Source: Lytechinus pictus
Lineage: Eukaryota
Assembly: GCF_037042905.1 (NCBI RefSeq)
Contig: NC_087251.1
Span: forward strand, 33,048,001 to 33,112,000
Length of the DNA stretch: 64,000 nt
Reading direction: 5' to 3'
Under the pieces are notes generated by a model. That model was not told where the DNA came from, ran no database searches, and saw only the letters and a list, made by a program, of their open reading frames with translations. This document shows, piece after piece, positions 25,826 to 36,711 of this stretch. Position 1 is the stretch's first letter. Each line of letters begins with the position of its first letter. A program made the position numbers and the translations under genes.

Positions 25826-27560
25826 ATATTAAGGTGATAGTATAGAGTGACAAGCTTCATGAAAATACGGAATAAAGCAATATTGAAGAGTTGTTGGGCA
25901 TATTAAGGTGCTAGTATAGAGTGATGAACAAGCCAAGATTCTAATAATTCGTGTTGGCCCGGAGGGCGAGAAAAGGGGTTTTCTTTTGGGGGTATATAAG
26001 CAGCGGACAGGGGGATTGAAATGTCTGAGGGGGGATAGAGCGAAAAGAGAAAAGTAGGAAAGGCATATTTTATTCAAAATTCTTTTGGGCATATTAAGGT
26101 GCTAGTATAGAGTGACAAGCTTCATGAAAATACGGAATAAAGCAATATTGAAAAGTTGTTGGGCATATTAAGGTGCTAGTATAGAGTGATGAACAAGCCA
26201 AGATTCTAATAATTCGTGTTGGCCCGGAGGGCGAGAAAAGGGGTTTTCTTTTGGGGGTATATAAGCAGCGGACAGGGGGATTGAAATGTCTGAGGGGGGA
26301 TAGAGCGAAAGAGAAAAGTAGGAAAAGCAAATTTTATTCAAAATTCTTTTGGGCATATTAAGGTGCTAGTATAGAGTGACAAGCTTCATGAAAATACGGA
26401 ATAAAGCAATATTGAAAAGTTGTTGGGCATATTAAGGTGCTAGTATAGAGTGATGAACAAGCCAAGATTCTAATAATTCGTGTTGGCCCGGAGGGCGAGA
26501 AAAGGGGTTTTCTTTTGGGGGTATATAAGCAGCGGACAGGGGGATTGAAATGTCTGAGGGGGGATAGAGCGAAAAGAGAAAAGTAGGAAAAGCAAATTTT
26601 ATTCAAAATTCTTTTGGGCATATTAAGGTGCTAGTATAGAGTGACAAGCTTCATGAAAATACGGAATAAAGCAATATTGAAAAGTTGTTGGGCATATTAA
26701 GGTGCTAGTATAGAGTGATGAACAAGCCAAGATTCTCATAATTCGTGTTGGCCCGGAGGGCGAGAAAAGGGGTTTTCTTTTGGGGGTATATAAGCAGCGG
26801 ACAGGGGGATTGAAATGTCTGAGGGGGGATAGAGCGAAAAGAGAAAAGTAGGAAAGGCATATTTTATTCAAAATTCTTTTGGGCATATTAAGGTGCTAGT
26901 ATAGAGTGACAAGCTTCATGAAAATACGGAATAAAGCAATATTGAAAAGTTGTTGGGCATATTAAGGTGCTAGTATAGAGTGATGAACAAGCCAAGATTC
27001 TAATAATTCGTGTTGGCCCGGAGGGCGAGAAAAGGGGTTTTCTTTTGGGGGTATATAAGCAGCGGACAGGGGGATTGAAATGTCTGAGGGGGGATAGAGC
27101 GAAAAGAGAAAAGTAGGAAAAGCAAATTTTATTCAAAATTCTTTTGGGCATATTAAGGTGCTAGTATAGAGTGACAAGCTTCATGAAAATACGGAATAAA
27201 GCAATATTGAAAAGTTGTTGGGCATATTAAGGTGCTAGTATAGAGTGATGAACAAGCCAAGATTCTAATAATTCGTGTTGGCCCGGAGGGCGCGAAAAGG
27301 GGTTTTCTTTTGGGGGTATATAAGTAGCGGACAGGGGGATTGAAATGTCTGAGGGGGGATAGAGCGAAAAGAGAAAAGTAGGAAAGGCATATTTTATTCA
27401 AAATTCTTTTGGGCATATTAAGGTGCTAGTATAGAGTGACAAATTTCATGAAAATACGGAATAAAGCAATATATAAAAATTGTTGGGCATATTAAGGTGC
27501 TAGTATAGAGTGACAAATTTCCTGAAAATACGGATTTAAGCAATATAGAAAAGTTGTTGA
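25822..27560. repeat. 265-bp tandem array, six near-identical copies plus decaying ~71-bp subunits
   Basis: Period of 265 is visible in the repeated ORF starts (26358, 26623, 26888, 27153, 27418). Each unit has two GGGCATATTAAGGTGCTAGTATAGAGTGA motifs. Confidence 0.95.
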
Positions 27561-27780
27561 AGTTCATGAAATACGCAATAAAAACGATCGAATGTCGACC
27601 TTTAGAAATAGCACCGAAATACTTCACATCCCCGATCCCCTAAAAAAAAAAAAACCATGTTGAGGTTCGATCCACAAACGCTTAGATGCCTACGTATTAT
27701 GCACTGCGCCGCGCTCACCTATTCACTCGTCGTAGTGAAATTAAGATTTATATATACCGCGTAAAGCTTTACCAACAAAA

Positions 27781-27896
27781 AAAAATCCGGGACGGGCGCA
27801 AAACGCACACATATGAACACACGGGTACAGTGCTTCGCGAAGCGAAGCACTGTGTGTGTTCATATGTGTGCGTTTTGCGCCCGTCCCGGATTTTTT
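27781..27896. repeat. GC-rich hairpin capped by GCGAAGC
   Basis: AAAAAATCCGGGACGGGCGCAAAACGCACACATATGAACACAC ... ACAGTGCTTCGC-GAA-GCGAAGCACTGT ... reverse complement. Confidence 0.9.
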
Positions 27897-29485
27897 ACTT
27901 AGATGAGCGGTATTAATGGCGGCTGGGCATATTAGCTAATATGGCCATTAAAAATTACCCCTTTTCACCGTCTACTTAAAAAAAAAATTCACCGCCTACT
28001 TTTGTTTTGATAAGGATTTTTGTCGTCAATCACACACAAAACAAATGGGCTTCTGACCTCAGTGAGACAAAATTTTGGGTGGAAAAAATCATGCTTTTGT
28101 TGGTGTTGTTTCTTTTGTCCTTTTGCAAAGCAAGTCTCCAATGTGGGAGATTGTCTCCCCTATTGGAGAGAGTCTCCCATATTGCTCTACTGCCCATTGA
28201 CTTTGTACACAACGAGCGCACACACACGAGAAGAGAGGTGACAAATTTCACGATAAGGCCGGGAAATTCATCTTTGTTTACCTGGGTCTCTTATACATAT
28301 ATGGGCGGGGTTCAAGACTCCAATGATGAAGAAGTATACGTCAAAGGATTTAAAAAAGACATGATCATGGAGTCCTTAACTAAGAGTAAGACTAAAACCG
28401 GCTATGCCACAAAGCTCCGGGGGCGCGGCAGCGGAGCTCCCCGCCTAGGCTTGCAGCTGCAGCAGCTAGCGGCGACGCAAACCTGGTTTCCCCTTTCTCT
28501 AGCCTCATCTAATGTCAAAATAAGGCTTAGACCTTACATAAAAGCATTAATATGTTTTTAATATCGTAAGATAACACATAGGCCATATCACATTCTTTCA
28601 AAATACTCACACATTCATATTACACATGAAGTTTCGCAATTCTTTCTGGAAAGGAGAGGTCAGTAAGTCTCGAGCGAGCAGAGCTGAATTGAGATATTGT
28701 TATGATGTCGCCGAAGTTTCCAATTGCAGAACGAAAAAAAAAGTTGTTTTTGTTTTAGCTTATATTCAGCAGTGAATATTTGTGCCAAGAAAAGAAAAGA
28801 ATACTGATAATCGTGGTCTAATGAATTATGCGTCAATTTTGTATTTCAGTAACGGAAATTCCATTCCTTTTCACTCAAAGTGCAAATTTAAAAGTGTGTG
28901 AACCAAATGATAGATGCCTTCTTTTAGGTTCTAACAAGTTCCCTTTTAATAGAAAGTCCAATCCGATAAGGGCCCTTTAAGTTAGTCTGGTTTTAGCCCA
29001 GATCGGTCACAGAGGTGGCTATTTTCAATGGACCATTCCATCGCACTACTCTGTGGCACTACTCCGTCCTCCTAGTACCAAATCACAAGCTTGATAGTTT
29101 CTGAACAATACAAAAACACTTACATCCAGCAAAGGCTCCCCATGGCAATCAGAGGCGCGGAACCGGATGGGGGCTTCAGTCTCCTCTTTTTTTTAAATAA
29201 ACGTATTTAAAAACGTAAAAAAGGTTCATCTGATCTTATATTTGCATAGTAAGCCCCCAGGGGAAAAAATCAAAACCGTTCTGCAGCCCCATGGTGATGA
29301 ATATAGTATATGTCTTTCTTTTTTTTTATACTTTTTTTTATTATTTAGTTCCACTTTGTTTACATCAGATTTAGCATGGACCTACTCATGGTTTTAGCAT
29401 ATATGCAGTATTATTAGCATTCGCAGTATGCTCATAAAAAACCTCCTTGGTTAAATATATTTCTCTGAAATTTGGGCAGATGTTT

Positions 29486-29700
29486 GGCGCGATAGCTCAG
29501 TCGGTAGAGCGGGGGATTCGTATTCCGGTGACCCGGGTTCGATTCCCACTTGGTGCGCTAGTGCCCTTTGGTAAGGCATTAATCCTCATTACCAGGTCCT
29601 TCGGAGAGGACCTTAAGCCGTCGGCCCTCTGGTTGCTTGCTTACAAGCCTTCATGCTTTCTTAGCAATCAGGTAAAAAATCCCCACCAAACCACCACCAA
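29486..29700 (+). mobile_element. tRNA-derived SINE
   Basis: A box TAGCTCAGTCGG and B box GGTTCGATTCC, followed by a non-tRNA body GTGCCCTTTGGTAAGGCATT...GAGGACCTTAAGCCGTCGG. No terminator directly after the head. Confidence 0.8.
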
Positions 29701-30104
29701 ATTATTATCAACTGAATGATGATATCTGTTACATCTTCACCTGCTCATATTCAATAAATTTTTGTAATATAAACCCTAATTACGAGGAAAATGAGACAGA
29801 GATAGAAACCATGTACTTCAGACTCCGCGGTAGCGGGGGGGGGGGCACTTTTTTTTCCAAAACCGTGTACACGAAACTTAAAAATTACCATCTGATTGTG
29901 ATTTTTTTTTGCATGGTCAGTCCCCCCCCCCCACTTTCAAAACCGTTCCGCGGCCCCTGTACTGTTATAACTTTTAAGCGCGTATAGTTTGTGCATGGAC
30001 CTAGGTCCATGGTTTGTGTAATCAGTTGAAAATGGGAAAAGGATACTCCGGCCTAGTTCTATTCTAATTCCTTACGTTTAGAATTGCTTGCAAGAAATTC
30101 ACTA

Positions 30105-30342
30105 CACTGCAAAAACTCCGGTGTTGATTTAACACCAACCCGGAATCTAGCTCCACACCACAGAAGTGTTGAAACAACACCAGTTTGGAATCAAACCGAT
30201 GCTGTTTTGATACTAATTGGTGTTGTATAAACACCTATCTGATGTTAGACCAAAACGAAACTGGTGTTGTTTAACACTTCTCTGGTGTGGACATTTATAG
30301 ATTCCGGGCTGGTGTTAAATCAACACCTGAGTTTTTGCAGTG
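30105..30342. mobile_element. Palindromic MITE with CACTG...CAGTG ends and TA flanks (CMC/EnSpm-like)
   Basis: TA-CACTGCAAAAACTCCGGTGTTGATTTAACACCA ... TGGTGTTAAATCAACACCTGAGTTTTTGCAGTG-TA. Confidence 0.8.
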
Positions 30343-30942
30343 TACTATAGTCCTATAGCCGAGATGGGAAAGCGGGGTATAGAGGAAGAATGTGCGAAAC
30401 AAAGGGAAAGGCAATATTTTCACTAACCCATTGAACCGCGCGATATCTGTACAAAGTCTATATTTAATCACAGAATTTAATTGTCAACGGGTTAATTCAA
30501 GCTTAAAGCGCGACGGCAAAATAAATATTGAATATTATTAGAGAGAGAGAGGTGGAAAGAGGGGGAAGACTTCTCTTTTAGGTTTTATGTGATAAAAAAA
30601 TAAGGAAAATCCATCTTCCCCTTAATGCTCGCTTAGCTTTTCTTTTCTCCTCTTTCTTTCGACACCTATGGGGATGTTGTAGAATAAGCAGAAAATTGTT
30701 ATTTATTAAAAACAGGTCTTTGTTCAACATGTTCAAGTCCTTGAGATCATCAATTGAATATTTTTAATTGCAATGTAGTGAGCCAAGGGGCGGATCAGGC
30801 TTTTGCCAATTTAGAGAGGCCGGGGTTAATCCAACAGTTTCCCCGATTGCCATTTGAAAGAGCTAAAAGCTTGGGGCGCATGCTAGTCATAAAGACTAAA
30901 ATTTAAAGGGGTGATCTGAGTGACACTTTGTGTGGTCTATCA

Positions 30943-31252
30943 CACTGCAAAAACTCCGGTGTTGATTTAACACCAGCCCGGAATCTATATAATTATGTCC
31001 ACACCAGAGAAGTATTGAAACAACACCAGTTTGGAATCAAAACGATGCTGATTTAATACTAATTGGTGTTCAGTTGTATAAATACCCATTTCATTTTCAT
31101 TTCATTTATTTTTTCCATTTCCAACAATCATTTACAATCATTTACAATAAGTTTTGGTGTTAGACCAAAACGATACTGGTGTTGTTTAACACTTCTCTGG
31201 TGTGGACATATATAGATTCCGGGCTGGTGTTAAATCAAGAGTTTTTGCAGTG
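30943..31252. mobile_element. Second copy of the CACTG MITE with a ~65-bp low-complexity insertion
   Basis: Colinear with 30105-30342. Extra (TTTCA)n/CAATCATTTA segment at ~31087-31152. Confidence 0.8.
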
Positions 31253-32210
31253 TTAGTGTTGTAATTATCTAGTCTATATACATTTTGAGATATAACCATC
31301 AATATAATACAGAGAAAGAATTAGCTTATTCATACAGAGAAACAAAAACGTTCTTGAGAGGTAAGTTCCTGTTTTGCTAATTGTTAACATAATTAGAATT
31401 AGTGCGTTATCATTCAAGTTTGGCCTATATTTCAAGACTATACACTGCCCAGAATGTTGCTTTATTCTGGCCAGATGAGAGTATAGTTTGATAACGGGAG
31501 GTGGCGCTATTACGACTGCTAGTTCGTAAATCGCTTTAGGAAAAATTAATTTTTATTATTACAAACATGATAAGATAGCATCCTAAGGCCCTAGGCCCGT
31601 ATTCCAACGAGATATCATTAAGTAAAAAAAAATCTAAGCACTTTCTGTCTAAGACAAAATTCTTAGCCAATACGCATATTCCATGAAGAATTTGCTAAGA
31701 ATTTTGTCTTATAATTTGTTGAAGGTTTGATGAAATCTGGACAGAATATTTAAAGTGTGTACCCTACATATACTTAGATAATTCTGCCAGTGTACAGAGG
31801 TTTGGCTTGTATATACGTCCCAGTGAAGAACATAATTTTCCTATTTTCCTTTATATACCATCAAGCATCCCAGTGTTGTCATTCTTTATTAAAACGTTTT
31901 AAAATAATAAAAAACTAACCGAGCATTTCAACTCTATTAAGACATAATTATTTTCATCCATTGTAGTTCCTCCTTCACTTATTGGTTAACGTTTATTAAA
32001 AAAAAACTACTCAATGTTGGCACTCAAATAATGTATTTTGCTTAACACCCCCTATTAAGGCCATTGCCAATTACACTTTTTCTTTGCAACAAAGCACACA
32101 CGAGACATGCAAATTAACGAGTACATCATGTAAATGTTTTAAATGATTACAAGGAATAATCTAAAGCCTTCTTCCATTTAAATGATATCGTCTTACGGAA
32201 TGCATTTTGA

Positions 32211-32358
32211 GGTGCCGTGGCCGAATGGTTTAAGGCGTCTGACTATACATGGACTAAGTCCGTGGTTCGATCCTCGGCCGCGGCACCTATGCCCGTGAGC
32301 AAGGCTTTAAATCGGCAATGCTCTTTTATCCTGCATTCTAATAAATGAAACTGCTATA
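32211..32358 (+). mobile_element. tRNA-derived SINE (truncated)
   Basis: GGTGCCGTGGCCGAATGG (A box), GGTTCGATCC (B box) and GCGGCACC closing the stem, then SINE-type body TGCCCGTGAGCAAGGC. Confidence 0.72.
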
Positions 32359-32545
32359 CACTCTAAAAACAAATCAGTCAAAAATGACTAGTTAATAGGG
32401 TCAATTCTCGGGTTATTCTTGTCATATTTGACTATTTTGTAGTCGTATTTTACCATGTCAGGAATGTGACTATCAGTGATTGTCATATCAGTCTCACCCA
32501 GCTGACTACTGGTCTAGTCAATTTGACTGATTTGTTTTAAGAGTG
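32359..32545. mobile_element. Short CAC...GTG MITE
   Basis: CACTCTAAAAACAAATCAGTCAAAAATGACTAG ... CTAGTCAATTTGACTGATTTGTTTTAAGAGTG. Confidence 0.7.
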
Positions 32546-33059
32546 AACGCATACTTGGTTAGGTGTGCACGATCTTGTTTCAAAAAATTGAAAAGTAGCT
32601 ATCATTTTTCTTTTCGATTTAAAAGATACGTTTCATATTGATCTTAGACAAATCCCACTGCAGATGGGCTGAAATTCCTAATGTGTTTGTTTTTATGTTA
32701 CCCATCATAATGCACTCTCAATGTCATCTCACTGTTAATCTAACTATTTTCAAAGAAGGGTAATCATATTGCATGCAACTTGATCCCCAAATGTTAATGC
32801 AGAGCTGATCCAGGATTTTCCAGGGCGGAGGGGGGGGGGGGGCACAATTTGACAAGCAAAATTATAAAAAAAGGTCCTCACTTGTGTCAACATTTCTATT
32901 AAAAATATATGATGTGACTTTCAAGGGGGGGGGGCATGGGCCGGATGTGCCCCCCCCCCCCTGGATCCGCCACTGTGTGATGTTACACAAACACAAATGG
33001 ACCGTTTCAATAAGAATTACAGAGGTTACCAAACTCTGTCATTATTTCATCTACCATGG

Positions 33060-33420
33060 ACACCTAGATTTAAAAAAAGAACATGCTCTCTCCAAAATAA
33101 GATTATAGGCCTACGTATCATTTCGACAGCCAACAACATACCGTTAACTGACACTGAATCTTTATTTCATTCCCTGAAACTGCTGAGATTACATGACATT
33201 AATAAACTTCAGCAATGTAATTTTGTATATAAGTGTTTAAATTCTCAAATTCCTCCAAAATTTATTGACCTTTCTACGCACGTACCAAGTATACATAACT
33301 TTCAGACAAGATCATCTAATCAAATTATTCCTAAACACAGAAAATTATTGTTCAACATAATTTCCGGTATACATGACCTAAAATATGGAATGTTTTTTCT
33401 GATTATGTTAGAAACTCTTT
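33060..33420 (+). mobile_element. CR1-group LINE C-terminal remnant
   Basis: ORF 32997-33545 contains LQNK..LRII...TESLFHSLKLLRLHDINKLQQCNFVYK...H.F.TR, typical of the post-RT region of CR1/L2-group ORF2. Confidence 0.6.
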
Positions 33421-33757
33421 TCATTATATTACAAATAGGCCCTATAAGTTTACATGAATGTACCAGATCTAGAAATATTTTGACAATTAGCCTTGATTCA
33501 AGACTCTCTCATGAAAAAGAAAGTCTAGTTGTTTGCTGCAACTAGAATCTAGATCTCATGCCTTTTAACTTTAACCAGTTCTAAGTTAACCATGGCATTA
33601 TTCGGCAGCAGGCATATTAGACAAGTCCAGATTTGAGATAAAGTTAGTGCCATAGCCTAGCCTCGCACACAGCCTAGCATTTTGTCTTGTGATTAATGGC
33701 AATTTGATAAGTGTTTAGAATTGGAACTTTATTATAGAAGCCTATAATGCCTATAAG

Positions 33758-34560
33758 AGTAGGGGAAGGCGGGGTTAGTTGTGACACTTTTTGCATTTTG
33801 CATGTTATAATTGATATGATTAATAATCTTGTAGTAATAAGTACCTTTCCTTAAAATTTAATTCTTCTGAAATATTTTCACCTACATGTATATATATCTT
33901 TCTACCCCTCCAATGAAAGTCATTTTCACCTTTGAAAAAAGAGATGTCAAATGGCTCAACTTGCCCCATCTGTGGGGTAAGTTGAGCCACCTTCTGGGGT
34001 AAGTTGAGCCACAAAAACTATATACAAAATGTATGGGGGAAGAACCGGCATGTCAATTTTTTATTTAAAGCCTTTTCACTTGCCAATTCTCTATAAATAC
34101 TAACATCCTCTAAAAGGAAATGATCAGTTATGTAAATTTGCTCCTTCCTGCCTGCATATCAATGGCTTTTTAAGGTTTGTTTGTTTATATATATATTAGC
34201 ATAAGAAATACCATGGCTCAACTTGCCCCATGTTGTCTGGCTCAACTTACCCCATTCCGAACTTAATGCGATAATTTCGCATCCATACATATCTTATGCA
34301 TCCATTATGTAAAAGACAATGACGAGAATGAAGATCCATACCTGGACTAACAATGTTCTTATGTCTTTATTATATTTAAAGACGTGTGTGTAAAAAGCAC
34401 TTATCTATTTCACACCCTTTTCTACTTTTTTTGCTGAAATCTGTATTTTTCCCTCTAAAAATGTACTTTTTGTTTCAAAGTTGAAAACAATGTGGTGGGG
34501 TTAGGGGTCATGCAATGGGTCATCAATACATGACACCAATACAATGTCTGACTCATTTAT
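33758..34560. mobile_element. Degraded DNA-transposon derivative with repeated GGGGTAAGTTGAGCCA motifs
   Basis: The motif occurs in both orientations at ~33771, 33953, 33975, 33997, 34214 and 34239. Only one end is recognisable. Confidence 0.45.
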
Positions 34561-36224
34561 TATTGGCCTCGCGAAATGCGAGCTGACAATTTTTTATTAT
34601 AATAGGACCGGGACATTTTAAGGATATTTTGTCATCATGTCTGAGAAATGTTTTGTATAATTATATACTTAAAAACTTGATAATTTAAAGCAGATACGAA
34701 CCAATAGCACCATCTAGAGTCCTCAACTACTCATACCAGGCCAGTTTCCTGACCCATTGTGCTAGCGTAGTCTAGTAATATAGACCCACTTGAATGATAA
34801 CATGCTAATTAACTACTCAATACATTTAGACCGCAATAAACAAGTAGCAAAAATTACTTTTCCCCTCAAAACATTTTAATTTCTCTATACAAATACAATT
34901 ATAGGTCAATTTATTCTCTATAGTATTAGTAGATATCTGAAAACGTATATTTTAAGACTATGTATTAATATAACACACAGTCAATGAGAGACCACATACA
35001 GTTCACTCCCCCTTTAAACTCCATGTCAGCTTAGTGACCAAGACATGTACAGGACAGTGCGAGCACGAAGCGTGAGCGAAAATTTTATATAGTGACATAA
35101 TAAAATGTCTTCTAACCTTATTTTATTTACTCGTCTTCCTCGATCCTCTTATTTTTTATTTTCATTTTCTCCTCTGTTTTCCTTTCTTTTTCTTTCTTTC
35201 TTTCCTTCCTCCCCCCCCCCCTTATACAAGTAGTGGGGGGAGGGACATTTGATATTGTGTCCCCCCTTTCAAAACTAAAATGGGGGGACGTGTTCCCCCT
35301 GTGATTTCCGCCCATGCATGGTGATGCCAATTTGACAAGCAAAAGAAAAAAAGTTTCATTCCAAAATAAAGGTCATTTTCGTCCCAAGAAATTTGACAAA
35401 AAAGAAAGGGTTTCTATAAAAAAAAATGTAGGTAATTTTGGTTACATTTGTCCATTTTGTCACACCGTCCAGAATTCCTGGGGGTGCTGCCTATGGAAAA
35501 TAATACAAGCAGCACCCCCAAGGAAAATCTTGGGAGTGCTTCAGCACCCCCAGCACCCCCGCTTCCCAGGGCCATGATCTTTCCGTGCAGGGAACCGCGT
35601 AAACTGGGGCAGTACGCATGCCACCCCTATCATGTATATAACGGACATACTAAAGGTCCTTTCCAGTTAGGTTCACCTAAACAATATAAGACTTCAGCAC
35701 CAAATTCTGTTTATTTATGATATCTTTTCTAATTCTTTGCAATGGCGTACCATGCTATACCGATTCGGGATGCTGTATTTTATGGTAATTTCTAACTACA
35801 GGGCTTTAACAGAGGCAGCGGAACATCAAGCTCGGACAAAGGAAGTGGAGGGACACCTTTTCTCTGCCAAACAATAGGTGTCCCTCCACTATCATTGTAT
35901 GAGCCTGACGTTCCGCCTGACGGCGGGCCGCCTCTGCAAGGAGATATTGTATGCACATGAATGTTGCAGTGATCTGAAGTCGGATTACTATAAAGAGAAT
36001 AACCATTAATCATGTATTGCCTATGATGATCGGAACGATCATTAGCAAATTTCACGCCGTGAATCAACAAAGTATCTCGGAGTCAAGACTCTTAAGTTTT
36101 TGCAAAATTATTAGACTAGCGATCCTGAAGAACTCCAGTTCCGAGAACCTCGCATAAAGATTTTGGGGAATAAAAAACAACGCTGTAAGAAAAGAATTGC
36201 ACCTTGAAACTTGTCAGAAATGAG

Positions 36225-36420
36225 ATGGAAACCTGTTCGATTTTCAGGAATTCAAGCGCCCTTAAAACGGTCTTGGCTTTATTTCTTCAGACGTGTCATT
36301 TCTTAGGAACTGTGAAATGCATTGGGGTTTATCTACCGGACCTGAATCGGACATTAGGACTATCGTCAACTGATATTGGTCTTGCTATTGGATTATTCGA
36401 AGCACTTTCATTCGTTCCAG
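36225..36420 (+). CDS. Duplicate first coding exon (1A) of the SLC16/MCT-like gene; alternative first exon or truncated paralogue
   Basis: 196 nt from ATG to CAG|GTAAAC, with 7 substitutions and no indels relative to 55584-55779. Encodes METCSIFRNSS...GLFEALSFVP. Confidence 0.55.
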
Positions 36421-36711
36421 GTAAACAAATTACGAGTTTGGTGTAAAATGGAAAAAAAGGAATAGGATGATTATATGATAGAAAATCAGCAATTTTCACA
36501 ACATTTTCAACCTGCTATCCAAACTAACAAGGAATATAATTTGTATTTATTAGACATATAAACTAATAAAAATGTTAACCCATACCTACTCCTGACACCA
36601 CAACCATATTTCCCAGGTGGATTTTTAATGAACTACATCCATTTTTTCAGTAACCGCAGTCAATTTAGACTCCATTTTTAGAAGCCATCTTGGTTTTTTT
36701 TTACATAGGGA

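Larger units (their letters stand above)
20617..27946. mobile_element. 7.3-kb non-coding GG-ended TIR element with 8-bp TSD (Merlin-like) carrying tandem arrays
   Basis: ~55-bp imperfect TIRs: GGCCAAATTCGCTATTGTGCCCAAGCGCCATTAAAACTGCTCA vs the reverse-complemented right end GGCCATATTAGCTAATATGCCCAGCCGCCATTAATACCGCTCA. ATTAAAAA at 20609-20616 and 27947-27954. No transposase ORF in the ORF track. Confidence 0.8.
20334..28260. mobile_element. GG-ended MITE (~600 bp of own sequence) with 8-bp TSD, Merlin-like; split by 20617-27946
   Basis: GGCATTATCGTG..TGTCACC / GGTGACA..CACGATAAGGCC termini. GGGAAATT at 20326-20333 and 28261-28268. Subterminal GGAGA(C/T)T(A/G)TCTCC motifs in both halves. Confidence 0.8.
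15440..28394. mobile_element. Outer foldback element A, split by multiple nested insertions
   Basis: Left arm 15440-15806. The right arm is recoverable in order from 17716-17936, 18752-18760, 20263-20333 and 28269-28382. Flanked by AAACCGACT (15431-15439) and AAACCGGCT (28395-28403). Confidence 0.8.

Noticed and set aside
25829..27416. Repeated 87-aa ORFs MPKRILNK...
   Set aside because: By-product of the 265-bp tandem unit. One copy is frameshifted and no domain is recognisable.
25822..27560. CRISPR-like array (recurring 29-bp GGGCATATTAAGGTGCTAGTATAGAGTGA)
   Set aside because: The intervening sequences are themselves repeated rather than unique spacers. There are no cas genes and the context is eukaryotic.
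28007..28561. 184-aa ORF with a signal-peptide-like stretch
   Set aside because: It runs across the junctions of two transposon ends and flanking DNA and has a non-ATG start, so it is a chance ORF.
29486..29557. Functional tRNA genes at 29486 and 32211
   Set aside because: Imperfect anticodon arms, and each continues into a SINE body without a terminator.
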